Part shown: in pieces, positions 40,778 through 53,055 of the stretch
How the letters are laid out: every line of letters starts with the position of its first letter
Numbering within the stretch: position 1 is the stretch's first letter
Assembly (NCBI GenBank): GCA_046563655.1
Contig: CM102284.1
Location: 5,332,001-5,396,000 of the forward strand
Direction of reading: 5' to 3'
From: Yuukianura sp. NJ FZ-2021
Taxonomy: Eukaryota
Length of the DNA: 64,000 bases
Notes under the pieces: generated by a model
What the model saw: the letters and a program-made list of their open reading frames with translations, nothing else
Told to the model about the DNA's origin: nothing
Database searches by the model: none
Made by a program: the position numbers and the translations under genes

Positions 40778-42154
40778 ATGGAAATGGAAGACGTGAGACT
40801 AAAACAACCACAGAAGTTACAAATGGGATTTGGAATTGGCACGTTGTATCAACAACAGCAAGGCCATCAGCAGCAGCAAAATATTCAAAGTGAAACCGAT
40901 CTTTCACCATTCAAGTTTTTTTTTGTTTCAAAATTGCTTTTTAAAACTTTCTCTTTTGTTTTTAAATTTCTAGTGACCCAACTCTGTCTACCGGGACTTG
41001 AATTGTTGATTGGAATAGAGCAAATTTTTATCCACCAACATGCGAATATGAGCGAACGTAAACGTTTTTTTTAGAATTTCAGAAAATTTCAAAATTTCAA
41101 AAAGAACCACTAAAAATATTGAGGAAATTTTGGATGACAACCTACAGTTAGGAATTGTTTCTGTCCTAGTTTTCTCAAATGTTCCGAATGACTTTGAAGT
41201 ATTAACGAGCAGTGGGCAAATACTGTTTAAAATTACGGAAGCTACAGGTCAAGTAGCTCGTAACCTCGGCGGAGGTCACCAAAATTTTGAAATGAAATTT
41301 TCGGATGAGCGCGGAGATGACGTTCTCAGAGTTCAAGGTCAACCGGGCTTTTACGCTGGAAGATCCGTAAGCACTGATTGGTCAATTTCGCTACTAAAAT
41401 TTAAAAATCAGGCCTAATTTAACTTTAAAACTCTAACTTAATTTGACCTTGACCTTTGACTATTTCCAGTGTGTATCAGTATACTATGTCTGCGGAGGAA
41501 ATGACCAAAAACTTGGAGAAGTTGTCCAGGACAAAACTGGGTGTCAACTGGAGTACTCTGTGAGAGACCCTTTTGGAAACTGTATTCTCCGAATACTCGG
41601 TAAGGAACTTTTTTTAAACAATACTTTTTTGAAATTATGCTTATTAAATAGTTTAGAATACATAAATTGTCTTATTAAAAGTATTTCTGAAAAATTTTAT
41701 GAAAAATCAGGCCCAAAATTTGGAGACTCCTGCTGCGGAGTATTCATGATTGGGAGTGTGGCTTTCCCTGTCGTGTCCATGGACAAGAAAAGTATCGTTG
41801 GAGGTATTGGTAAGTGTTACCAATCGTTTCCTTACTTATAGTTAAATTAAACTTCGCAAATTAAATTATATGCAATTTGTCGAATTTAAACTACCAAATT
41901 TCAGTCGTGTTTGAAAGCCAGACGTAACTTTTAGGTAAGCTTTGGGGTGGATTCGTTCGTGAAATTTTTACAATGGCAGACAATTATGGAGTCCAATTTC
42001 CTGGAGATATGGACATCACTACGAAGTGTCTTTTGCTGAGTGCAGCAATTATGTTGGTAAGTTTAATTCTATTCAACACAAAATTTGAATATTAATTCAA
42101 ATTGTAGCGTTGATTTCAAAATTTCAGGATTTTCAGTTTTTTGAAAGGCAATGA
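40778..42154 (+). CDS. Phospholipid scramblase-family protein 3
   Basis: Spliced product includes LPGLELLIGIEQIFIHQ, NDFEVLTSSGQILFKITE, KLGEVVQD, ILRILGP, CCG and IGKLWGGFVREIFTMADNYGVQFPGDMDITTKCLLLSAAIMLDFQFFERQ, a canonical PLSCR C-terminus. Confidence 0.9.
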
Positions 42155-42608
42155 AAACAGAAGGGAATTGACTGGAACCGTTTTACTTTCACTGCTTAAA
42201 GATAACCCGCTAACGCAGATGCGAGCTCTGTTAGCTCATTTTTCGATGGAATAAAAAATTGAAATACTAATTATTTTACACGGAGGTGTTAATAAATAAT
42301 TAACTCTACGTTTTCTCTAAATTAGTTCTTGGTTATTATTGTTTGAACTATTCACGCTCAAAATTATGTTTCAGAGAGAATATGTTGCTTAGCGGCAAAA
42401 CAGTTTCTTTTTTGAAATTGGAGGGAACGGAAGGAGGTTAGAAACAACCAAGAAAGAAAAATACTAGATAGAGAAACTTTTGTTTTTCTAATTTCCTTGT
42501 CATTCTCATTTCATCGTTCCGTCATCATAATTAATGTTCTTCGTGATCAATTAACTGCAAAAACTGTTTTTGGAGATCATCTGGCAGAGGACTAGCAAGA
42601 CCAGAACC

Positions 42609-42959
42609 CATAGTTCGGCACTTACGCGATCCCTGCACAGCGATCCCGCGATCCCCGATCTCCGATCCCACTTTTGGGAACGGGGAGCGCCGCTCCCCGA
42701 TCTTTTGAAAAAGATCGGGGATCGGATGCAAGGGAGCGCAAGGTATTTTGCGATCTTCTTGCGATCCCGATCCCCGCTCCTAATGTTAACAGCATGGGGA
42801 TCGGGGATCGGAAGCAGCGATCCTTCTCTCCCCTGACTGGATCGGGTCAGATCGCGGGGTAGGCTCAAAGATCGGGGATCGCAGCGGGTAAGATCGCGGG
42901 GTAAGGCCAGAAGATCGGGGATCGCGTGTTTGGGAGCGCAGCAGAAGTGCCGAACTCTG
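42609..42959. mobile_element. Non-autonomous hAT-type MITE (351 bp)
   Basis: 15-bp TIRs CATAGTTCGGCACTT / AAGTGCCGAACTCTG with one mismatch. Exact 8-bp TSD CCAGAACC at 42601-42608 and 42960-42967. The GC-rich interior is packed with GATCCC/GGGATC motifs. Confidence 0.9.
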
Positions 42960-43116
42960 CCAGAACCAGATCCAGGTAAGTTTTCAATATGAAAATAAAC
43001 TTTCCAATTCCCCACCAGTAGTATGAAATAATCTAATTTCTAATGTATCTTCCCTGAATTAGCCAAAACCAACAAACAATTGCATGCGAGTGCGAGACCT
43101 ATAGCTAAGTGAAGAA

Positions 43117-44677
43117 ATGGCAACAAAAGAGAAAGGATTTCCTGTAACCGATATAAATGGACATCAGATTGGACTTTTAGGATACGAGAGACCGAAACAT
43201 TGGTACCTAAAGAATTATTAATGCCTTTAGTGTGAAAAACTTGACAAAAAAAGTTTTATGATGTCGACTGCAGGTCAGAGTGGAGGCTGAGTGATTTTGA
43301 AATCGGAAGGCCATTGGGGGAAGGAAAGTTCGGACATGTTTACTTGGCCAGAACAGTCAAGGAGAAGCGTATCGTGGCCTTGAAAGTAATTCACAAGAAG
43401 CAAATCGAGGAAGAGAAAATGTTTCCTCAAGTTGATCGAGAGACTGAGATACATCTATCACTTTCGTAAGTCATTTCAGAATCAGCAAGAGATCAACATA
43501 AACTTAGGATTTAAATCTTTATCTGACTTTACTGTAATGATCTGACCGTAGGCATGAAAATGTTATCAAGATGTACGGTTATTTTTGCGACGGCGACAAA
43601 GTTGTGTATGTCCTGGAATACGCCCCGGGAGGGGAGGTTTTTGCCGAGCTAAATTCACAACCAGGAAATCGGTTTGGAAATCGAAAGACCGCGACCTACA
43701 TCTATCAGCTGACTTTTGCTCTGGAGTATCTCCATCAGAACAACGTCATCCATCGCGACATGTAAGAACGAAATAATCCCTTGCTTATTGACACAGTATG
43801 TAGCCACACGGTTAACACATTCTCAAACAGTGACTTTGCTGACATTTCTGCAGTAAACCAGAAAACTTGCTTATCGGGCTGTTTGGCGAAATCAAAATGG
43901 CTGACTTCGGATGGTCCATCAAAACGACTTCGAATCCAGCTACCGGGTAACACTAACTAACAGCATTTATGATAATACTCAACACAAAGAAACCATTGAG
44001 GGGTTTGCATCTGAACTTTCGTAATTGCTCTTCCGCATCCGCAGGCGAAATCGACGCAAAACACTTTGCGGTACTTTGGATTATCTACCACCGGAAATGG
44101 TCGAAAGCGTACCATATGACGAAAAGGTGTGAAATTGTTAATTTGGTGCCTTGAACCAAACAAAACGAAATCCGCATAGAAAATCATCGAAATGTTTTGA
44201 ATACGCAGGTTGACCTATGGTGTCTCGGGGTTCTCTGCTATGAGTTTTTGGTTGGAAAACCACCGTTCGAGTCTAATTCAAAGACAGATACGTACTCCAA
44301 AATCATGGGATCAAACGTCAGGTTTCCTCCATGGGTCCTACCCGAAGCAAGAGACTTGATTCTCAAGGTAAGATCACAAGTAGAAGTGATTTTAAGCATT
44401 TTATCCAAGACTACTTTCTATTCGCAGCCTTAATGCCAATGTTTTTATCCATTTTGTGTAGATTCTATGCAAAGATCCAGAAGCTAGGATTACTTTGCCT
44501 CAAATACGAAGCCACCCTTGGATTCAACGATTCAGACTTCATGACAAGAAAGTGCTTCCGAAATTTGAAAAATTTGCTCCTCTGGAAGACAAGATTCGGA
44601 AAGAATGTGCGGAATACAAAGAGCGACTCAAAGCCTACGATCGCCATCTTGCTTCATCGTCCAAATACAACAAATGA
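43117..44677 (+). CDS. Aurora kinase (short N-terminus)
   Basis: Spliced product includes [71 protein letters not shown] and [22 protein letters not shown] versus B/C subtype cannot be assigned by eye. Confidence 0.93.
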
Positions 44678-45695
44678 ATCTGCGACTTCCATTCACTGCC
44701 TTTGAACAGGTTAAATCCTCCTATTTTTATCCAACATGATGACATACATGTAACTGTTCGCATTTCTACTTTTGCCAAATAATTTATAAGTTAGAAAACA
44801 AAAGCATGCACTTTTGGTGTCCAATTTTGTCCAAAACTTCTACTTTAAACAGTACAATTAAAAAAGTTCATTCTCACAACGCGGCTAACTTTTAGCACAA
44901 AAATGTCGCTCTGCTGATGAATCTCACGGATTGGTGTGCGACCTTCCTACACCATGGACGTAGACAGGGTTGGTGGAGGTTCTCCACTAACCCTCTGGAC
45001 GCAAAGAAAAATATTTTTGTTTAATTAACATGGTTCTTAATAATACAGGCACTGAATAACTGGGATTTTGCAGTTTGTTTAACAAAAAATGAAGACTGTG
45101 GGAATTCCTACACAACTAAAATCGATCGCTAACTTTTCATTTTCCTTGGAGAAAATACTCCAAACCAGTTTTTGTTAACATTTTGCTGTTGTGCTTTCGT
45201 TTGACATACATTTGCAACAATTCATAAGATTTAACGAAATGTTCACTTTAACAAACTTAACTGTCCATTGTTCAAGTTCATAAACTGAGCATTAAAACAG
45301 CCAAGTTCAAGTTAAATAACTATGTATTATTTAAAAAAATAACCTTATGCTAAAAACACAACCTAACCCCAATTTAGAAAGGATCCCACTGATTTTCCTT
45401 GTCCATTTTACATCCTGCTCTTGTGGGAGAAACGAACTTAAAAACCAGTTTTCCAGATCAGTTATGCAGTCATCGTTCAGAATTCAAGTTAAACCAAAGG
45501 TACGCCTTCGCTGGAGAAAAAAAATCTAACAATTACTTTTTCAAAATTTTCAATTTCATTCAATTCTGCGCAGCAAGACAGATCAGATTAAGTCTAACAG
45601 AAACTTGTATATATTTCAGAGCTCAACCAGCAGGAAGTGAGATCAACTGTGAGACTAAGGTCACGAGGTCAACGAGAACTCCATTCACACAGAAT

Positions 45696-46943
45696 ATGGA
45701 TCAAGCCAAACCCGAAAATGGAGTGATCGACGTACCTAAACTACTGTCGAAAGATGACAATCACGAATTCAACAGCGTCTTTTCCAAATTAGTCCAAGAT
45801 TTGACAGAACTTCCAGAACTACAAGACATGCCTGAAACGAATCGCTGGTTATCGCGCGTCCTTCACTACAATGTGCCCCACGGGAAGATGAACCGTGGCC
45901 TGACGACTGCCATGGCCTACCGCTTCCTGGCTCCTGCCTCTGACCTTGACGAAACCAACATCCACCTTAGCTACATCCTCGGCTGGACAGTGGAAATGCT
46001 GCAAGCCTATCTCCTAATGGCTGATGACCTAATGGACAGCTCTGTGACGCGACGAGGTCAACCTTGCTGGTACAGGCTCAATGACGTCGGTGGAACAGTA
46101 GCTTTCAATGACGCTTTTATGCTGGAAGGAGCCATTTACTTTGTGCTCAGAAAGTACTTTGGTGACAAGAACTACTATCTGGATCTCCTGGAAACTATGC
46201 ACGACGTGTCCTACAAGACAACTTATGGACAAAGTCTAGATACAAGAACAGGTTTGGAAAGAGACATGGAATCGTAAGTGATTTATTAACTTGAAAATTA
46301 TAAAAATAACTTTCATTGAAACTTAATTGAAAGTGAAACCAAGTTTTTGAACTTATCAAGGTATACAATGGAAAGATATTCTGCAATAGTAAAATACAAG
46401 ACCAGCTACTACTCATTTTACCTTCCAGTTAGGCTGGCAATGGCCATGGTAAGTATAAGTACTTGCTAAAAAAACACTAATATTCTAAAACTACTGCCAA
46501 TATTTTGACAAGTTGTACTAATTTGACAGGCTGGCCTAAATGATGAAGATCTGACTAACCAAGTAAAAACAGTCACACTGGAAATGGGCCACTTTTTCCA
46601 AGTACAAGACGACTATTTGGATTGTTACGGAGATGTCAGCATAACTGGTAAAATTGGAACAGATATTCAAGACTGTAAATGTTCATGGCTCTTTGTAACG
46701 GCAATGGAACGAGCAAATACGGAACAGAAAAAAATTCTACTGGAAAACTACGGACAAGATGACGAAGGAAAGGTCAACAAGGTCAAGGAACTGTACGAGG
46801 AAATGAAAATTGCCGAATTGTATCAAGCCTATGAAAAACAAACGTTTGAAACAATTTCAACTCACATTCAGCAAATGTCTCCTAAACTTCCAAAACCCTT
46901 GTTCAATGGAATGATGGACAAGATTTACCTAAGATCCAGCTAA
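45696..46943 (+). CDS. FPPS: Farnesyl pyrophosphate synthase (trans-IDS)
   Basis: Exons approximately 45696-46273, 46361-46448 and 46530-46943. Motifs YNVPHGKMNRG, FARM DDLMD+RRGQPCWY, GQSLD, KYKTSYYSFYLP and SARM FQVQDDYLD+GKIGTDIQD. The frame is open upstream to the acceptor near 45619, so a longer N-terminus is possible. Confidence 0.94.
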
Positions 46944-47112
46944 AATGTGTCACTTTTTAGAGTTTTTAGCTGATCTTTCGACACTAAGCTGACCCTAGGA
47001 TTGACAATGCCTTGGTTATTGTGTAATTAGGTAACTAAAGCTAGCAATGTACTTAAAACTAGAAGTAAATAATAAAAATTCTTATACTTACGTTAAGACG
47101 GAAAGTTGTCTT

Positions 47113-48468
47113 TCACGGAGATTCGAAGGCAAGCGAAGAATTTAGCGAAGCGTTGAACGATTGTTCGTTACTGGCAACTGCATCGATTCCATTCAACACA
47201 AACTCCTTTTGTTGAATCAGCTGACCATATTCGTTCCACTCTGCCAGCAAGGCACCAAATTCCGGTCCAAGGGCTTGGTATTTTGCCTTTCTGTAAACAA
47301 AATTCCGTTCTTTAGAAATGACGTACACCAGACACCACACTTAACGAAAAAATGTCGATTCACTGAAGTTGCCGCTTGCTCTTACTTTTCTGATAACTCT
47401 TGAATGACGCTACGGATTCGGCTTTGAGTATCCAACAATCGGTTGTAGGACGACTCGAGTTGATCCATGAGTTCTGGAGGATTCTCAGCTATCTTTTGCT
47501 TCATGTTGCCTAACCTGATTATGAAAATTCAAAATGTAACGGAAACGGTTGTTCGAATGAGTTACGGCTAAGAATACAAAAACAAACTCGCGTTTCCTTA
47601 CGTTTGCTTGTTGTTCAAAACTTCAGATTCCAATTTAACAAAATCGGTGTACTGACTGATCACCGTAGCATATCGCCCTCCGTTTAGCTCATTGTTGTAG
47701 TCTTTGAGTAAGTTGTTCATCTAAAAATCAAAAAAACACCATGTTATAGATAAAAACTAATTCAAGTGTTACACAATTGGTGATTGGTTACAATTTTTAT
47801 GTTACTCTTACCTCCAGCGCACTCGTTCTACAAGCTTCCATCTCGGCGTCGCGAAAGCGACTCCATTTCTCAATCTCTGCATTCAAATTGGCCTCCTCCT
47901 CCATTTCTTGTGCAATTTTATCCGAAATAATATCGAGGGGATTGGAATGTGTCATAAGTCTCCGGAGTAGTTCCTTGTCACTTGGGTCGGCGGATCTTTC
48001 CAGCCTCCACTTGTAGGCTGCAACAACTTCCTCTGCCACTTTCTTAAGTTCGACGTTAATCCAGTTGTGAAGCAGCAGCAGCGACTTTTTGTCTGCCAAG
48101 CATTGATGCAGCTCTTGATTACCAATCAGTAGTTCGTCGTTGAGTTCACTGTCCTCCACTAATACGGTTGGTAACTTATCGTTTTCAGATATCTGTCTGG
48201 CAGTCGTGTCTGCTAATAACTTCTTCAACCCCTTTTTCGTCGAGGCACTGACTCCTGGCTTAGTTTCTTCAGGTATTGCCACCTTCTCCAATGCATCAAC
48301 TAGCAGTCTCAATTTCCAATACGCGACAGCATCCTAAGAAGAATGGAATGGCATAACATGATTTTCTTTTTGATTTTTGAAAATTGAAAAAAATGAAATT
48401 ATATCGTGACACTGCAAAACTGCAATTAGTCTAAACTTGAAGCAAGGAGCCTTTACCTTCAAAGACAT
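47113..48468 (-). CDS. Coiled-coil protein, possibly HAUS augmin subunit 4-like
   Basis: About five exons with consistent GT-AG phases. The C-terminal KYQALGPEFGALLAEWNEYGQLIQQKEFVL resembles the HAUS4 C-terminal motif as I recall it. The gene is well supported; the identity is tentative. Confidence 0.5.
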
Positions 48469-49211
48469 TGTCGATTAAGAAACACGTCGAAGTATCGATG
48501 GAAAGTTAACTTACGTAGCAATTAAACAAGAATGACCCAACACAACGAAAGTAAAAACCAATTGAAGGGAATTTACCTAGGTTAAAATTTACTCAGCTGT
48601 TCTTTTCTTTTATTGTTGTCGATTTATTTTCGCGCGTTCAAAATTTGAAATTGGCGCGAAGCAATTTAATGGATGACGCGTCGTGACTTTCTTATGAGGA
48701 TGAAACTATTAAGGACAAAATACACGACTCGAATAATGTTGGGAATTTGCCGATGATTAATCTTTATATTAATTACATCCTTAAATTATTAATTACTATT
48801 AACACACTATGTAAACTTGGATTTAGGTAATCCCACATATTGTCTATAAAGTATCACATTTCACACTAACATCACAAGGTCCAGGGAAAGTGGAGAAAGT
48901 TGTATGCTAAGCAGCACCGAGTAAGAATCCTCGGACTTTGGATAATACCCGGAAAATCAAGCCCGGGTTTTAGAAACGTTGAAGAAGAATCCGCCTTATC
49001 GTAACACTAGCTTTATGTATATTTAATGATCGTTTCTTTCAAGCAGATGTGAAGACAAAGACGAGTGAAGATCCGAGAACATTGTGTTTGAAAAATGGAC
49101 TCAACAAATCAGAAGTCTCTGGCGGTGTTCTCTCCTCATCTTCTCCGATTTTCCCGGAGACAGAAGAGAGCTTGGCTAAAAATAGTTCAACAGAAACAAA
49201 TCCAGTCTTCG

Positions 49212-52200
49212 ATGGGGAACAAATCCAGTAAGAAGCACTACAAAATCCCACCAAATGCAGGTACTTTCTACATAACAAAAACATTCAAAACAACACTAAA
49301 TTAACTCCAATCAAGTTCATAATTTTGGCTACTTGATTTCTTCTAATTAATCATGATTCAAAATTTTTACAGCCAAACCCGATTCACCTGGAAAGCCAGA
49401 AGCAGAAGCTCAGAAAAATGGAATCTACCTCCGGTGGGCGGTTCCCAGATCAGATGGGAATTGCCCTATCATTGGTAAGTAGAAAATTACCGTAATACGT
49501 TTAGTTAAGATCTACCTGCATTGTGTTGTTGTTCTTAGGTTACATCGTCCAGCACTCTGAATTGGACGATGGAAGTTGGCACTCGTCCAGTCCAATTCCA
49601 GGAAACGAGGCACTGATTCACCACTTGGAAAATGGAGCCACTTACCAATTTCGTGTCATTGCTGAAAATATCATTGGCTACTCCGATCCCAGCGTCCCGT
49701 CGGACCCTATACTGCAAAGCACATCGCTTGCGCTTCCCCGTTTCGTCACTCCGTTGAGGAGCATCTACGCCATTGAAAATGAAAAGGTTGCTTAATTCGT
49801 TTATAGCCTCTAATAATTTTATAGCTCCCATGGGCATCTGTATTTTCAAATTCGTATGGTTGAATTTTAAAAATTTCTGTCTAACTCTAGGTCGAGTTTT
49901 TTGTCCGAGTTACCGGCAAACCACTACCGCAATTGACGTGGTTTCTTAACGGCGAAGAGATCTTGTCCGGTCCCAATATGGTTTTAGACCAACAAAATCA
50001 GCGATTAACAATCAAGTGCTCGACGAGTGACATGCAAGGAGAAATCATGTGCTCAGCGTCCAACGAAGTTGGAATTGAGTCCAGTTCGGCTGAACTTATC
50101 GTTGGGTGTAAGTCCAGAAACTAAGTAGTTTGGAATTAAGGAAATAAACTTCATTTCCGGAAAATGCAAAGCTAACTAATAAACGATAACTGTATTTATA
50201 TATTCTGTGACATTCCAGCTCCACCGCGAATTTTGGATGACTCTTCCAGGGAAACGATATTTCGGGTGGACGAACTACTGAGAATCAAATTCACATTTTC
50301 TGGTAGACCCAAACCTGATGTCAGTTGGTTTCATAATGGGAATCTTCTTCCAGAAGACTCCGCTAACATCGAGGTCCGCATTACTCCAAAACAGGAAAAT
50401 ACTAAACTTATTGTTAGAGACGTATAGATTTTAATTGTTTAAATACGTTTTTTGAAATCACTTAGGTTCTAGGTACCTCCAGCTCTCTCAAAATTCCACA
50501 CGCCAGCCGAGCTGACCGTGGAGAGTACACGATTCAAATAGAAAATAATCTTGGGACAGACATAGGTACTTAGAACCATTTTTAATTTACAAGTTAAGTA
50601 TGTATTTAGTTTTAATTAATGCAGTAAATCAATTATAGAAATTAGAAGTTCACACTAAAGCTTAACTTCACCGCCAATGGAACTCTTTAGTGATGATCAA
50701 CTACGTCAATTTTTCAGCTTACAGTGTTTCATAAGAACTTTTAATGTACGGCCTTTAGGTTCTGTCCTTGTGACGGTAGCAGACAAACCGATTCCACCTT
50801 CCGCTCCAACGGTAGTTCTGCTTCGAGACAACTCTTGTATGCTGGAATGGGAAGAAGGCAGCGACGATGGTAAGATGCTTGCCAGTACTACACCAAAATG
50901 CTTAAGACTTAATTTGGAATTTGGTTTTAAGGAGGATGTCCAGTCCAGTGCTTTATTGTCGAATATTTTCGGGTGAAAACTTGATTTTTTCAAATGAATA
51001 AGAATTTCAATTTGAAGGATTTTGTGATACTTTAGGCGGGTTGGGACGTTTGGTTGACAGGAGCCACTTCGAGATCCAAAGTGGCCAAAATTCGTGACTT
51101 AATACCCGGCTCCAAGTACAAGTTCCGAATCAAGGCCGAGAATCTGTACGGTCTCAGCGACGCCTCTCCAGAGAGTGTGGAACTTCTTATTCCTGAACTC
51201 AGTTCTGGACTTATGACGACAGTGACAGAGGCTGAAGAAGAAACTGCCGAGAAAACAGCCAATGAAATTCAAGAATCCTACGTTGAAAAATCAAAACAAA
51301 CCTCTAGCATAGTCAACATCTCAATTCCCGTTTCGGACACGCTCGTTCAAACTCGGAAAAGTCCGCCAATACGGGAAAGAAATTTTAAGCCAAACCTAAG
51401 CCTAGGGATTGGCGAAAAAGAGTTTCCGCAAAGATCAATTCAACCACCGAAGTCCCTCCCCCGAGAAGGTCTGTTGTTTGACCACTACCAATTGGGGTCA
51501 AGGTCGCCGCAGAGGTCACCCGATTCAGCATCAGCCGAAGACTTAGACGGACGTACTCGGTTTACCCGAAAACCTTGGAACCAATCACATCAACACAAAG
51601 ATTCGCCTGGAAATTTATCCAAAACTTGTTCCCTTCCGCGTGAAATGAACACCACGAATGGTGACATGGCGCTGTCTAATCGCTGTGTCTCAGCATCATC
51701 TTCATCTTCTCACTTAATCTACGAAGGCTCTTCGGGTTCATCCGAAGATGAGGATCTTGACACCAGCATCGTCAGCAGTTCACTTACTGTATTGAAATCT
51801 GGCAGTCTTCGGATCAAAACTTCTAGTGATCAGGAGCTGCGTGGGAGTTACGATCTTCTGATCAGTAATCGCAGTAGTCGAGTCGCTTCTAGTAAAAATA
51901 GTCTCAATTCAGAAGATTTTGAATACTACAACTCAATTTTTGGAAAAACTTATCAAACCGAAGACTACGAAATAGATGATCAACAGTATGAACAACAAGT
52001 ACAAGAAGCAGTGCCAAGTTCGGACGCTCCTGAGGAGTCCGAACCCGCCATGGCAGCTACTTCGGACACTCCGGAAGAGTCCGAATCTGGTCCATCATGG
52101 TGGTCATGGTGGATGTACTTCCTGGTTCCTGTGTCTCTGGCGCTGTTTTTCAAATACATCTTCTATGCCAACGTCCTGATTCTATTCTACGTAGTCTATC

Positions 52201-52226
52201 GCCTTGGAATGCTCTTCTTTGAATAA
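49212..52226 (+). CDS. Fn3-Ig-Ig-Fn3 protein with a Ser-rich tail and C-terminal hydrophobic segment (possibly MnM-like)
   Basis: MGNKSSKK start. Fn3 (KPDSPGKP...LRWAVPRSDGNCPIIGY...YQFRVIAEN), two Ig-I domains (VTGKPLPQLTWF; FSGRPKPDVSWF...DRGEYTI), Fn3 (VEYFRAGWDVWL...YKFRIKAEN), then WWSWWMYFLVPVSLALFFKYIFYANVLILFYVVY. Confidence 0.8.
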
Positions 52227-53055
52227 AAAAATCCAATTTTTAAACCTGTTCAAAACGTGTGTCTTCCCTCTTCCGGAACAAGAGTTTACCTCCGGACATT
52301 TTAGCTTGTTCTAAAAACAGGATTTAAAAAATTCAAAAGATGAGAAATTGTTTGGTCGGGGTGTACTTCATCTCCCCGCAACCGAATCCTGCATGGATAT
52401 ACCCGGGTAATTACCCACTTTTAAAAGATGTAGGAGCAGAGAAGGTTGTGTTTTGGTCTTCTCTGGTTCTTCAGTCGGGAAGCTTTTTAGTTTTCAGTTT
52501 CTAAAAAAAACGCATTAGACGTGATTTTTTTTAGCCCAAGACGAAAAAAGCTTGGAGCATCTTCTGTCTTTCTAGTTTTTTCGTTCAGAACTTTTCAAGA
52601 TTTTTTTAAATATAGGTCGAGGTGTAAAAATAGCGTCTGAGAGAAGAGGAGATCCATCCGGAATTTGCGATGGGGAGCAAGTGCTGCAAGTGCAATCAGG
52701 CCGACAAGTTAGTACTGTACTAATATTTTTTCTTTGTACTAAATTTTTTTTTGTCTTGTTTTTGTACATATTACACAAGATCTCGCGTTGTTTTAAACAA
52801 TTTTTTGGAAACTTTTTTTCTTTCTCCTGTTGCACGTTCGGAAAAGGTAAACTTTTGGGTTATTTTGTTTTTTCCGTTCCTCTCGGTCCGTTCTGTGTGA
52901 CTTTCTCCTTGGATTCTTGTGGATTTGGATCATGAAGGATCTACAGTGATGTCCGTTTGGGCTCAGAAGGTCATCAGTATCATCATCAAGACTGTTACAA
53001 ATTGAAAGGACCGAGACAAATTGTCGTAGAACCGCTGAGACCTAACAGAACCAAG

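Noticed and set aside
42531..43015. ORFs of 62-154 aa over the GATC-rich segment
   Set aside because: By-products of the GC-rich MITE interior, with no transposase motifs.
52020..52088. Short duplication SDAPEESE / SDTPEESE
   Set aside because: A trivial two-copy micro-duplication in a low-complexity linker.
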